In this document: positions 49,989 through 60,377 of the stretch, piece after piece
How the letters are laid out: the number at the start of each line of letters is the position of its first letter
Numbering within the stretch: the stretch's first letter is position 1
Origin: a virus
Lineage: Duplodnaviria > Caudoviricetes
DNA length: 64,000 bases
Strand: one strand, 5' to 3'
Virus record (IMG/VR): IMGVR_UViG_3300020379_000218
Location: 1-64,000 of that record
Position numbers and translations under genes: made by a program
Notes under the pieces: generated by a model
Told to the model about the DNA's origin: nothing
The model's input: only the letters and a program-made list of their open reading frames with translations
Database searches by the model: none

Positions 49989-49996
49989 TATAAATA
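49989..49996 (+). promoter_or_regulatory. T4-type late promoter
   Basis: TATAAATA, intergenic. Confidence 0.8.
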
Positions 49997-50021
49997 TTGC
50001 TAAAAGATAAAGGAAATAACT

Positions 50022-50828
50022 ATGGCTCAACCTAATACAAGACAGACACTTATCGCATATGCTAAACGAGCATTAGGGCATCCTGTTATTGAGATTAATG
50101 TAGATGATGACCAAATAGATGATAGAGTTGACGAAGCACTACAATACTATCAACAATATCACTATGACGGTATCAAAAGAGTATACTTAAAATACGAATA
50201 CACTCAAACAGACAAAACTAGAATACTAGCAGATAGCTCAGAAGGTGCAACAAAAAATTCTGTAACCACAACTTGGAAATCAGGCAACAACTATATCGTT
50301 GTACCTGAAAGTGTAATATCGGTTACAAACATATTTCCTTTTTCTAATAAAGGAAACTTAAACTTATTTGATGTAAGATACCAATTAAGATTAAATGACC
50401 TTTATGATTTTTCATCTACAAGTGTTATTAACTATGACATTGTGATGAGACAATTAGATTTCCTAGACCATATATTAGTTGGTGAAAAACCATTAAGATT
50501 TAATCAACACGACAATAGATTATACATTGATATGGACTGGGCAAACGATTTACAAGTCGGTGAGTATCTAGTAATTGACGCATATAGAAAATTAGACCCA
50601 GACACTTATACAGATGTATATGATGATATATGGTTGAAGAGATACACAACTGCATTAGTAAAAAAACAATGGGGTGCCAACCTATCAAAATTTAATGGAG
50701 TAGCAATGATTGGTGGAGTTACCTTGAACGGACAACAAATTTATTCTGAAGCATTACAAGATGTTGAAAAACTTGAAACTGAAATCAGAAATTCGTTTGA
50801 GTTAAACCCAGCAATGTTAATAGGATAA
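50022..50828 (+). CDS. gp13: Neck protein gp13
   Basis: RALGHPVIEINVDDDQIDDR; KKQWGANLSKF..V...GGVTLNG. Confidence 0.93.
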   Translation: MAQPNTRQTLIAYAKRALGHPVIEINVDDDQIDDRVDEALQYYQQYHYDGIKRVYLKYEYTQTDKTRILADSSEGATKNSVTTTWKSGNNYIVVPESVISVTNIFPFSNKGNLNLFDVRYQLRLNDLYDFSSTSVINYDIVMRQLDFLDHILVGEKPLRFNQHDNRLYIDMDWANDLQVGEYLVIDAYRKLDPDTYTDVYDDIWLKRYTTALVKKQWGANLSKFNGVAMIGGVTLNGQQIYSEALQDVEKLETEIRNSFELNPAMLIG

Positions 50829-50835
50829 AAATACA

Positions 50836-51675
50836 ATGGCCGTTAATCATTACTTTCAAGGCGGCGATGGCATAGGTAGTCAAAATGAGAAAAGATTAAT
50901 AGAAGATTTAATCGTTGAAAATTTAAAAATCTATGGTCACGCTGTTTACTATTTACCTAGGACTCTAGTCAATAGAGATTTAATTTTAGGCGAAGATTCT
51001 GCGTCTAGGTTTGATGAGTCATATCTAGTTGAAATGTACTTTGAAACGGTTGAAGGATTCCAAGGCGAACAAGAAATAATTAGTAAGTTTGGTTTAGAAG
51101 TTAGAGACGATACAACTTTTGTAATTGCGAAGAGAAGATTCCAAGAACAAGTTGATGACCCAGCAAACTTAATGGTAGATGGTAGACCTAACGAAGGTGA
51201 TGTAATTTACTATCCTTTAATGAATAAGTTTTTTGAAGTTGCGTTTGTAGAAGACCAGGAACCTTTCTTTCAATTAGGAAACTTACCTGTATACAAATTA
51301 AGATGTAAAACTTTTGAATATTCTAGTGAAGAATTTAATACTGGTGTTTCTGATATTGATACTGCTGATGATAGAAAATCACTTGATACAAGTTTACAAC
51401 ATCAATTCAGACTTGAAGATGGTACATTAAATCAATCTTCATACAATGGTTTCTTATTATTAGAAACAGGAGACAAACACGGTAATCCACAATACTTAAT
51501 TAATGAAGACTATGACGACACTACTACAGACGGAGACGCCGCTACAAGTATACAAACTAAATCTGTATATGCTGATAATTTAGATTTAGATACTGAAGCA
51601 GGTTTTGATACTGCAACGGTTTCAGATGACATATTAGACTTTACAGAAAGCAACCCATTTGGAGATGTTAAATAA
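50836..51675 (+). CDS. gp14: Neck protein gp14
   Basis: YYLPR; SKFGLEVRD; RPNEGDVIY; PFFQLG; DFTESNPFG. Confidence 0.93.
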   Translation: MAVNHYFQGGDGIGSQNEKRLIEDLIVENLKIYGHAVYYLPRTLVNRDLILGEDSASRFDESYLVEMYFETVEGFQGEQEIISKFGLEVRDDTTFVIAKRRFQEQVDDPANLMVDGRPNEGDVIYYPLMNKFFEVAFVEDQEPFFQLGNLPVYKLRCKTFEYSSEEFNTGVSDIDTADDRKSLDTSLQHQFRLEDGTLNQSSYNGFLLLETGDKHGNPQYLINEDYDDTTTDGDAATSIQTKSVYADNLDLDTEAGFDTATVSDDILDFTESNPFGDVK

Positions 51676-52487
51676 TGTTCGGTACACATTTTTATAACGA
51701 AGGATTAAGAAAGTTAACTATTGCGTTTGGTCAAATCTTTAATAAGATTGTAGTACAAACTAAAGACGCAAATGATAGTGTTGTAAAAAGATTTACGGTG
51801 CCTCTTGCATATGCACCAAAAGAAAAGTTTATTACAAGATTAACTCAACAACCAGATTTACAAGACCAACAATTTTCAACTATATTACCTCGTATGGGTT
51901 TTGAAATATCAGGTATACAATATGACCCTAGTAGAAAATTAAATAAACTACAAAAGACAAGAACACAAACAGATGAAGGTAATACATCTAATCAACAAAA
52001 CAAGATGAAGTTTAATTATACTCCTGTACCATATAATATAACTTACTCTTTGTTTATTTTTACTGCTACTGCTGAAAATGGTTTACAAATTTTAGAACAA
52101 ATAGTTCCGTACTTTCAACCTGATTATACGGTTACTATAAATATGATACCAGACTTAAATATCAAGCGTGATGTACCTATTGTTATAGGTGATATTAATT
52201 ACGAAGATAATTATGATGGTGACTTTAATACAAGAAGAGCAGTAATTTATACAATTAATTTTACTGCAAAAACTTATCTATATGGTCCGTCAACACATCA
52301 AGGTGTTGTAAGAAAAGTACAATCAGATTTAGGTTCGGATCCTGTAAATAAAGCAAGAGAAGAAAGAATTGTAATTACACCAAATCCATCTTCTGCAAAA
52401 CCAGGTGATGACTTTGGATTTACGACAACTATATCATTCTTTAATGATGGTAAGAAATATGACCCATCAACAGGAAGTGATACATAA
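51675..52487 (+). CDS. gp15: Tail sheath stabiliser and completion protein gp15
   Basis: VPLAYAPKEKF; LPRMGFE; PVPYNI; QILEQIVPYFQP. Confidence 0.93.
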   Translation: MFGTHFYNEGLRKLTIAFGQIFNKIVVQTKDANDSVVKRFTVPLAYAPKEKFITRLTQQPDLQDQQFSTILPRMGFEISGIQYDPSRKLNKLQKTRTQTDEGNTSNQQNKMKFNYTPVPYNITYSLFIFTATAENGLQILEQIVPYFQPDYTVTINMIPDLNIKRDVPIVIGDINYEDNYDGDFNTRRAVIYTINFTAKTYLYGPSTHQGVVRKVQSDLGSDPVNKAREERIVITPNPSSAKPGDDFGFTTTISFFNDGKKYDPSTGSDT

Positions 52488-52499
52488 TGAGAGGCGAAA

Positions 52500-53132
52500 A
52501 TGAAACGAGAAGATGTATTAGTAATAGACAATGTTTTACCAGAAGTTGTAAATAATAGTTTCTGTCAAAACATTTATAGATTAGGTTATATTATATCAAT
52601 GGATATATTGCCTAGTCAAACAGACAATAAAGGTATTATGAAAGACGATAATACTTTTTCATCAATGCAAATGGTTCATAGAGTATACTTGCATAACGAA
52701 CCAGCAAATATGCCAAAAAATCCTGCAATGGAACCAGTAAAACATTCTTTATCTGAAATGGTTGGTAAAGCAGGTCTGTTAACTAAAGACTTTGATAAAG
52801 TAGAATTGTTAAGAGCAAAATTTAATTTAATGTTTCCACATCCTGACTTTAAAGATGGTCAGTATAATATGGCACATATTGATGATGAACAAGAAGAGCA
52901 TTTAGTTTGTATTTACTATCCTGAAGATACAGATGGTGATACAATATTGTTCAATGAGTTTTTTAATAAAGATAAGAAACCAGAAAAACTAACTATTCAT
53001 AAGAGGGTTACACCAAAAGCAAATCGTTGTGTAATATTTAATGGTTGGAGATTTCACGCAAGTAGTAATCCAGTTGCATATAATAAACGAATAGTTTTAA
53101 ATACAAATTTTAGGATAACAAACAATGGGTAA
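52500..53132 (+). CDS. 2OG-Fe(II) oxygenase
   Basis: AHIDD...IYY..DTDGDT.LF...PKANRCVIFNG..FHASSNP...RIVLN. Confidence 0.8.
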   Translation: MKREDVLVIDNVLPEVVNNSFCQNIYRLGYIISMDILPSQTDNKGIMKDDNTFSSMQMVHRVYLHNEPANMPKNPAMEPVKHSLSEMVGKAGLLTKDFDKVELLRAKFNLMFPHPDFKDGQYNMAHIDDEQEEHLVCIYYPEDTDGDTILFNEFFNKDKKPEKLTIHKRVTPKANRCVIFNGWRFHASSNPVAYNKRIVLNTNFRITNNG

Positions 53133-53613
53133 ACTAGAAGACAAAGTAAATGATATTTTAGGTATCAAAGAAGAGAGTACTCCTGTATCAGATTTAATGA
53201 TACAAGAGAAACAAGTACCTGTGCCTAGAAATGAAGACCCAAAGAAAGACGATATAGATAACGATTACAAATATAGTAGAGAGAACTATTATAATTTAAT
53301 TGAAAGAGGACAAGACGCAATACAAGGCATTTTAGATGTTGCAAAAGAAGGGCAACACCCTAGAGCATACGAAGTCGCTGGTGCATTAATTAAAAATGTA
53401 GCCGACACCGTTGATAAATTACAAGACTTACAAAGTAAATTATCTAAACTAAAAGATGTACCAAATAAGACAACTAACAATATTAAAAATGCTTTGTTTG
53501 TAGGTTCTACAGCAGAATTACAAAAACATTTAAAAGATAAAAAGTTTGACGAAAACAATAGAGATACTAAAGACGACCCTTTCAAAGGTACTACTATTGA
53601 AGGCAAAGATTAA
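53125..53613 (+). CDS. gp16: Terminase small subunit gp16
   Basis: DYKYSRENYY; HPRAYEVAG; NALFVGSTAELQK. Confidence 0.92.
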   Translation: MGKLEDKVNDILGIKEESTPVSDLMIQEKQVPVPRNEDPKKDDIDNDYKYSRENYYNLIERGQDAIQGILDVAKEGQHPRAYEVAGALIKNVADTVDKLQDLQSKLSKLKDVPNKTTNNIKNALFVGSTAELQKHLKDKKFDENNRDTKDDPFKGTTIEGKD

Positions 53614-53615
53614 TT

Positions 53616-55247
53616 ATGAGTACAGACGCATATTTAGGCAACCCTAATCTAAAGAAAGTAAACACACCACAAGAGTTTACTGCTGAAGAGATTAGCGAAT
53701 TTAAAAAATGTGAAAAGGATCCGTTATACTTTATGATGAAGTATGTACAGATTGTTTCACTTGACGAAGGTTTAGTGCCTTTTAATATGTACGACTTTCA
53801 AAAGAAGATTGTAGAAACTATACATAATAATAGATTTACAATTTGCAAACTACCTAGACAATCAGGTAAATCAACAACAACGATTTCGTATCTATTACAT
53901 TATGCGTTATTTAATCCTAATTGTAATATTGCAATTCTTGCCAACAAATCTTCAACTGCAAGAGATATATTAGGTAGACTACAACTTGCATATGAGAACT
54001 TACCAAAGTGGTTACAACAAGGCGTATTAAACTGGAACAAAGGTAATATAGAATTAGAGAATGGAAGTAAAGTAGTAGCAGCCGCAACATCTTCAAGTGC
54101 TGTCCGAGGAGGTTCATATAACATTATCTTCCTTGACGAGTTTGCTTTCGTACCTACAACTATTGCCGAACAATTTTTTAGTTCCGTTTATCCTACAATT
54201 ACTTCTGGTAAATCAACTAAAGTAATTATTGTATCAACTCCACACGGAATGAATCAATTCTATAAATTGTGGGTTGACGCTGAAAACGGACAAAACGATT
54301 ATGTACCGATTGAAGTACACTGGTCAGAAGTACCAGGTAGAGACGCAAAGTGGAAAGAAGAGACAATAAGAAACACTAGTGAAAGTCAATTTGCTAGTGA
54401 GTTTGAGTGTGAATTTTTAGGTAGTATTGATACACTAATCAGTCCTGCTAAAATCAAAGCGACACCGTATAAAACACCACTTAAAACAAATGGACGATTG
54501 AGTATCTTTGAAGAACCTGTAAAAGGCCATACTTACTTATGTACGGTTGATGTTGCCAGAGGTACACTAAAAGATTTCTCAGCATTTATTATATTTGATG
54601 TAACCGAATTACCATATAGAGTTGTTGCAACATTTAGAGACAATGAGATTAAACCTATATTGTTTCCTGAAATGATTGCGAAAGTCTGTACACAATATAA
54701 CAAAGCACACATACTTGTTGAAGTTAACGATATTGGTGCTCAGATTTCAGATGGTTTACATTTTGAAATAGAGTATGACAATATATTAATGACTACACAA
54801 AAAGGTAGAGCAGGTCAAATACTAGGTGCTATGTTTAGTCAAAGAGGTTCACAATTAGGTGTTCGTATGACTAAACAAATTAAGAAGATGGGAACTGCAA
54901 ACATTAAAGCGATTATTGAGAGTGATAAACTCGTTATCAATGACTTTAATATTGTAGGTGAAATGTCTACTTACACAAGAAAAAATCAATCTTGGCAAGC
55001 AGAAGAAGGCTGTAATGACGACTATATGACTTGTTTAGTTATATTAGGTTGGGTTGCAAACCAAAGATATTTCAAAGAAATGACTGATAGAAATATCAGA
55101 GCAGAAATGTACAAAGAGCAAGAGAAGTTAATTGAGCAAGATATGGCACCATTTGGGTTCGTAGATGATGGTACTCCTGAAGAAGAAAAACCGTTTTCAG
55201 ACGAATATGGTCAGGTCTGGCATCCCGTGGTACGCAAAGGAAGTTAA
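53616..55247 (+). CDS. gp17: Terminase large subunit gp17
   Basis: YLGNPNLK; PRQSGKSTT (Walker A); IFLDEFAF; VSTPHG; NDDYMTCL. Confidence 0.96.
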   Translation: MSTDAYLGNPNLKKVNTPQEFTAEEISEFKKCEKDPLYFMMKYVQIVSLDEGLVPFNMYDFQKKIVETIHNNRFTICKLPRQSGKSTTTISYLLHYALFNPNCNIAILANKSSTARDILGRLQLAYENLPKWLQQGVLNWNKGNIELENGSKVVAAATSSSAVRGGSYNIIFLDEFAFVPTTIAEQFFSSVYPTITSGKSTKVIIVSTPHGMNQFYKLWVDAENGQNDYVPIEVHWSEVPGRDAKWKEETIRNTSESQFASEFECEFLGSIDTLISPAKIKATPYKTPLKTNGRLSIFEEPVKGHTYLCTVDVARGTLKDFSAFIIFDVTELPYRVVATFRDNEIKPILFPEMIAKVCTQYNKAHILVEVNDIGAQISDGLHFEIEYDNILMTTQKGRAGQILGAMFSQRGSQLGVRMTKQIKKMGTANIKAIIESDKLVINDFNIVGEMSTYTRKNQSWQAEEGCNDDYMTCLVILGWVANQRYFKEMTDRNIRAEMYKEQEKLIEQDMAPFGFVDDGTPEEEKPFSDEYGQVWHPVVRKGS

Positions 55248-55337
55248 TGAAGATCCCCTATTTCATAAATATAAACGATTGAGAAATTTGAATATGGGCG
55301 TATGAATAATACGAATTTTGAACAAAGGTAAACATTA

Positions 55338-55357
55338 TGTATTTTTATAAAAATACA
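55338..55357. repeat. Perfect 20-bp palindrome in the gp18 leader
   Basis: TGTATTTTTA|TAAAAATACA; CATAAATA late-promoter variant at 55264. Confidence 0.85.
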
Positions 55358-55383
55358 AACAATAAAATAGAGGAGAAAACCTA

Positions 55384-57318
55384 ATGGCATTTCAAGTATC
55401 ACCAGGTGTTCTCGTACAAGAAAAGGATTTAACTAACATAATTCCTGCTGTTTCTACTAGTATCGGAGCATATGCTTTCAATTCTAGCAGAGGTCCAGTT
55501 GGAGAGGTAACGCTTATCTCTTCTGAACAAGAACTTGTTAGTATCTTTGGAAAACCAACTGCAAGCAACTTTGAAGAGTATTTTACTGCTTCATCTTTCC
55601 TTCAGTATTCCAATGCTCTGAAAGTTGTACGAACAGAAAACTCTGGAATTTTAAACGCTGTAACCAACGGTGGTTCAGCAGTATTGGTCAAAAATACTGA
55701 CCAGTATAACTCAACATACTTAGCAGATGGTTCATACACTGGTTTATCCGGTAGAGAGTTTGTCGCTAGATTTGCAGGTGCATATGGAAACGGTTTAGAA
55801 GTTTCTGTTTGTCCTTCATTACAAGCCTATGAAGTAGCGGTGGTAACAACCGTTAATGATAGTGCTGTATCTATCGGCGATACAACTATAACAATGACAA
55901 GTGGAACTAACATTAATGTTGGTGACATTTTAAGCTTTTCAACAACAGCAGCAACTTCAGATTATGATGACGGAATAGAGTACGAGGTAACAGCCGTATC
56001 TACTAATGATGTTACCATAAAGAAAAAAGTTGGTACTGGAGGTTTAACTAGAGTTATCGTAGATGGCGCTAATGTTAGACGAAGATGGAAATATTACGAC
56101 CAAGTAAGTGGTGCACCTGGAACATCTCCAGATGTAGCAGCTGCTGGTGGTAGTGATGACGAATTGCACATTGTAGTAGTAGATTCTGACGGAACAATTA
56201 GTGGAACTAAAGGTGAAGTTTTAGAAGTATACGAAAAAGTATCAAAAGCAAAAGACGCCAAAGACGCAGGTGGTTCAAATAATTTCTATCCAGAAGTTAT
56301 TTACAGAAAATCATCTTTCATCTATTGGGGTGACCATAACACAAACGGAACTAATTGGGGTGACGCAAAAGCAAATAAAGCATTCACTGCTGTTTCTGGT
56401 CCTATCGCATTATCATTTACAGGTGGTGCTGACGGAACGGTAACTGACGGTGTAAGAAAAACTGCATTTGAATTATTCCAAGATTCAGAATCCGTTGATG
56501 TTGGTTTGATTATGGCAGGTAATGCTAGTGCAAACTTAATCGGTGATTTAATTACAATCGCTGAAACAAGAAAAGATTGTGTAGTATTTGCTAGTCCACA
56601 AAGAAGTGATGTAGTTAATATTGCTTCTGCGATTACTCAAACTAATAATGTGCTTGGATTCTTTAATGCAATCCAATCATCTAGTTATGTTATCTTTGAT
56701 AGTGGTTACAAATATATGTACGACAGATACAATGATGTCTACAGATATGTACCATTAAACGGTGATATGGCTGGCTTGGCTGCAAGAACTGATTTAACTA
56801 ATGACGCTTGGTTTAGTCCTGCTGGATTAAATAGAGGTATTATTAGAGGAGCAGTTAAACTTGCTTATAATCCTAATCAAACACAAAGAGACGAATTGTA
56901 CAGAGCGAGAGTAAACCCAGTTGTTTCTTTCCCTGGACAAGGAATTATCTTGTTTGGTGATAAGACAGGATTATCAACACCAAGTGCATTTGATAGAATC
57001 AATGTAAGAAGATTGTTTATCGTTTTAGAAAAGGCGATTGCTACAGCTTCTAAATTCCAACTCTTTGAATTCAATGATGAGTTTACAAGAGCGAACTTTA
57101 GAAACCTAGTAGAACCTTTTTTAAGAGAAGTACAAGGTAGACGAGGTATCACAGACTTTTTAGTAGTGTGTGATGAAACTAACAACACAGGCGAAGTAAT
57201 TGATAGAAACGAATTTATTGCTGAAATCTATATCAAACCAGCAAGAAGTATCAACTTTATCACATTATCTTTCGTTGCAACAAGAACTGGCGTGGCTTTT
57301 GAAGAAGTCGCAGGTTAA
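55384..57318 (+). CDS. gp18: Tail sheath protein gp18
   Basis: SPGVLVQEKDLT; WFSPAG.NRG; FDRINVRRLF; KPARSINFITL. Confidence 0.96.
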   Translation: MAFQVSPGVLVQEKDLTNIIPAVSTSIGAYAFNSSRGPVGEVTLISSEQELVSIFGKPTASNFEEYFTASSFLQYSNALKVVRTENSGILNAVTNGGSAVLVKNTDQYNSTYLADGSYTGLSGREFVARFAGAYGNGLEVSVCPSLQAYEVAVVTTVNDSAVSIGDTTITMTSGTNINVGDILSFSTTAATSDYDDGIEYEVTAVSTNDVTIKKKVGTGGLTRVIVDGANVRRRWKYYDQVSGAPGTSPDVAAAGGSDDELHIVVVDSDGTISGTKGEVLEVYEKVSKAKDAKDAGGSNNFYPEVIYRKSSFIYWGDHNTNGTNWGDAKANKAFTAVSGPIALSFTGGADGTVTDGVRKTAFELFQDSESVDVGLIMAGNASANLIGDLITIAETRKDCVVFASPQRSDVVNIASAITQTNNVLGFFNAIQSSSYVIFDSGYKYMYDRYNDVYRYVPLNGDMAGLAARTDLTNDAWFSPAGLNRGIIRGAVKLAYNPNQTQRDELYRARVNPVVSFPGQGIILFGDKTGLSTPSAFDRINVRRLFIVLEKAIATASKFQLFEFNDEFTRANFRNLVEPFLREVQGRRGITDFLVVCDETNNTGEVIDRNEFIAEIYIKPARSINFITLSFVATRTGVAFEEVAG

Positions 57319-57337
57319 GGAAGAGGAGAAATAAAAA

Positions 57338-57865
57338 ATGGCAAACATTAATGACTTCAAAACTAAACTTGCTGGCGGCGGCGCTAGAGCGAACCAATTT
57401 AAGGTTACTATGCCTTTTCCTGGTTATGCACAAGTTGGTGGAGAAACAGAAGAGTTAGCATTCTTATGTAATGCTACATCTATTCCTGCAATGAGTATTG
57501 GAACTACAACGGTTAACTTCCGTGGTAGACCAGTGTATCTAGCAGCTGATAGAAATTTTGAACCTTGGAATATTACGGTACTTAACGATACTAACTTCAA
57601 ATTAAGAGACGCTTTTGAAAGATGGCAAAATGGTATCAATAATATGTCTGATAACGAAGGATTAGTTAATCCAGTAGATTATCAAGTAGACGCATTTATT
57701 GACCACCTTGACAGAAATGGCTCTACTATTAAATCATACACATTAAGAGGTTGTTTTCCAACTTCTATCGGTGCTATTGATTTGAATATGGAACCAACAG
57801 AAGCAGTTGAAACTTTTGAAGTATCGTTTAGATACTTATTCTTTGAAGCAAGAACGACTACTTAA
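57338..57865 (+). CDS. gp19: Tail tube protein gp19
   Basis: GGARANQF; FRGR....A.DR.FEPWNITVLND. Confidence 0.94.
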   Translation: MANINDFKTKLAGGGARANQFKVTMPFPGYAQVGGETEELAFLCNATSIPAMSIGTTTVNFRGRPVYLAADRNFEPWNITVLNDTNFKLRDAFERWQNGINNMSDNEGLVNPVDYQVDAFIDHLDRNGSTIKSYTLRGCFPTSIGAIDLNMEPTEAVETFEVSFRYLFFEARTTT

Positions 57866-57912
57866 TAGTTGAATAAATATATAATAAAAAGTAAAATTGT
57901 GAGGAAATTATA

Positions 57913-59436
57913 ATGGCGGAACTTTTCGGTTTTCAAATTACTAGAGTTAAAGATACTCCAGACCCGAAGCAAAGTTTTACTCAACCGAAGGCAGATGACG
58001 GTACACAAACCGTCGCTGCCGGCGGTTATTTCGGTCAGTACCTTGATATGGAAGGTAATGCGAAAACTGAGCAAGACTTAATCAGAAGGTATAGAGAGAT
58101 TTCAATCCATCCTGAATGTGATATGGCTGTTGAAGATATTGTCAACGAGGCTATTGTCGCAAACGAGATTGATAAAGATCCGGTGCGAGTAGATTTATCT
58201 GACACAGACTTTAGCGATAAAGTCAAGCGTAAGGTAGAAGACGAGTTTAAAGAAATACTAAGGTTAATGAATTTTAGTACTAAAGGACACGACATATTCA
58301 GAAGATGGTATGTTGATGGAAGAATTTACTATCATAAAATTATTGATAGAGAATCACCTGTAAAAGGTATAACAGAATTAAGATATATTGATCCTCGTAA
58401 AATTAAAAAAATACGAGAGATTAAAAAAGGTCGTCCAGTTGCTATGGCAAACATACAAGTGATACACGACTATAACGAATATTTTTTATATAATGAAAAA
58501 GGTGTTGCAGGACCTGGTATGGCTGCTGGTGGTATTAAGATTGCCACAGACGCTATCTCATTTTGTCCAAGTGGATTAGTAGACTTGAACAAAAATATGG
58601 TTATGGGTTATATGCACAAGGCAATTAAACCAGTTAATCAATTAAGAATGATTGAAGACGCTGTTGTTATTTACAGAATTGCAAGAGCACCTGAAAGAAG
58701 AATATTTAAAATTGATGTAGGTAATTTACCTAAAGTAAAAGCAGAGCAATATCTCCGTGATGTAATGGCAAGATACAGAAATAAACTTGTCTATGACGCA
58801 AGTACAGGAGAGATTAGAGACGACAGAAATTATATGTCTATGCTTGAAGACTTTTGGTTACCAAGTAGAGAAGGTGGTAGAGGTACAGATATTTCTACAT
58901 TACCTGGTGGACAAAATCTTGGTGAAGTAGCAGATATTGAATACTTCCAAAAGAAACTCTACAGAAGTTTAAATGTACCAGTAAGTAGATTAGAAGGAAG
59001 TCAAGGTTTCAATCTAGGTAGAACAACTGAAATCACAAGAGACGAACTTAAATTTACAAAATTTGTACATAGATTAAGAAAGAAGTTTACAGATTTATTT
59101 AATGACTTGCTAAGAACTCAATTAGTTTTAAAAGCAGTTATAAATGAAGAAGATTGGCAATCTATTGCTCAAAAAATCAAATATGATTTTATAGCAGATG
59201 GTCATTTCTCGGAACTAAAAGACGCTGAACTATTAAGAGAAAGAATAGCATTAGCGAATGATGTTAGAGATTATGTTGGTAAATATTTTAGTGTTAACTT
59301 TGTTAGACGAAATATTTTAAAACAATCTGAAAGAGAAATTGTTATGATTGACAATGAAATTAAGAAAGAAATTGATGATGGTATTATCGCAGCTCCACAA
59401 ACAAATGTCGGTGCTGATGATGACGGCATTATGTAA
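57913..59436 (+). CDS. gp20: Portal protein gp20
   Basis: FRRWYVDGR; YRIARAPERRIF.IDVGNLPK; EDFWLP.REGGRGT. Confidence 0.96.
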   Translation: MAELFGFQITRVKDTPDPKQSFTQPKADDGTQTVAAGGYFGQYLDMEGNAKTEQDLIRRYREISIHPECDMAVEDIVNEAIVANEIDKDPVRVDLSDTDFSDKVKRKVEDEFKEILRLMNFSTKGHDIFRRWYVDGRIYYHKIIDRESPVKGITELRYIDPRKIKKIREIKKGRPVAMANIQVIHDYNEYFLYNEKGVAGPGMAAGGIKIATDAISFCPSGLVDLNKNMVMGYMHKAIKPVNQLRMIEDAVVIYRIARAPERRIFKIDVGNLPKVKAEQYLRDVMARYRNKLVYDASTGEIRDDRNYMSMLEDFWLPSREGGRGTDISTLPGGQNLGEVADIEYFQKKLYRSLNVPVSRLEGSQGFNLGRTTEITRDELKFTKFVHRLRKKFTDLFNDLLRTQLVLKAVINEEDWQSIAQKIKYDFIADGHFSELKDAELLRERIALANDVRDYVGKYFSVNFVRRNILKQSEREIVMIDNEIKKEIDDGIIAAPQTNVGADDDGIM

Positions 59437-59456
59437 TAGTATATAGGAGATAAAAA

Positions 59457-59792
59457 ATGGCAGACAATGATAAACCTAATTATGTAGATACTTTTGTATC
59501 GCAATTGCAAAAAGGTAATAACACGGAAGCAGGAGACGCTTTCAAAGACGCATTAAGAGATAAAGTTGGAGACGCATTAGACACAAGTAGAAAAGAATAT
59601 GCTTCTTCATTATTTCAAAGTGCAGCTGATGTTATGACTGGCACAACTACTCCAGTAGCAGATACGACAGACGCAGCTGCTGAGCATAGTGATAGTAAAC
59701 CTGAAGTTGCGGATGCTTTACCACAAAGTGCTACACAAGACGAAGTACAACAAGCATTTAATCAGGCAACACCTGATAACACAGGAGAGTAA
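59457..59792 (+). CDS. Prohead core protein, gp67-like
   Basis: Position after gp20; FKDALRDKVGDALD..RKEYASSLF; acidic tail. Confidence 0.6.
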   Translation: MADNDKPNYVDTFVSQLQKGNNTEAGDAFKDALRDKVGDALDTSRKEYASSLFQSAADVMTGTTTPVADTTDAAAEHSDSKPEVADALPQSATQDEVQQAFNQATPDNTGE

Positions 59793-59794
59793 AA

Positions 59795-60031
59795 ATGGCA
59801 TTAACGGTATCAAGTATTGTAGGTAATACATCTGGATTCATTAAGAACGATAGATACAATTCTCTATCGCCTGCAATGAAAACAGCGGTAGAATCTTTAG
59901 TCGCAGGACTAGACGCAATAGACTGGTCGCAACCACAAGATTTAGTAAACATTATTGAAACTAAAATTAGTGAAGTTGCAGCTGGTGACAGCGATGTAGA
60001 AACTGCTTTGACAACTTATTTTTCGGAGTAA
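59795..60031 (+). CDS. Small head-module protein (gp68 position)
   Basis: 78 aa; YNSLSPAMK.AV; GGAG RBS. Confidence 0.65.
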   Translation: MALTVSSIVGNTSGFIKNDRYNSLSPAMKTAVESLVAGLDAIDWSQPQDLVNIIETKISEVAAGDSDVETALTTYFSE

Positions 60032-60034
60032 TTT

Positions 60035-60376
60035 ATGGCATTAAGTATCTCAACAAAAGTTGACGATACCACAAAGGCTATAATTAACGCTAGTGGTGCG
60101 GACAACGAAAGCGGAACTTTATATTCTGCTGGGCAAAATGTATCGCTGGCAAATGTATATTATGAAATTAGAGGAACAGGCACAGCGACTCTTAAACTCG
60201 GAGACCATTCTTTAAGTTTAACTGGGTTTGGTAATTGGGGTTTAAAAGAAGGCGAACCTCGTAAAGTAATTGAACAAGATTTAAACTCTTCAACTACTTT
60301 AGAAATTACTACAGACGCTAATGTGTCAAAATTTAATATGGCTGTAGAAGTACAGAAAGAGACGGAGACAAAATAA
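60035..60376 (+). CDS. Hypothetical beta-rich protein, apparent paralogue of next gene
   Basis: LANVYYEI...LSLTGFGNWG. Confidence 0.7.
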   Translation: MALSISTKVDDTTKAIINASGADNESGTLYSAGQNVSLANVYYEIRGTGTATLKLGDHSLSLTGFGNWGLKEGEPRKVIEQDLNSSTTLEITTDANVSKFNMAVEVQKETETK

Positions 60377-60377
60377 A

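Noticed and set aside
53616-59436. Introns, inteins or homing endonucleases in gp17, gp18 or gp20
   Set aside because: ORFs are continuous and of ordinary length; no intein or endonuclease motifs seen.
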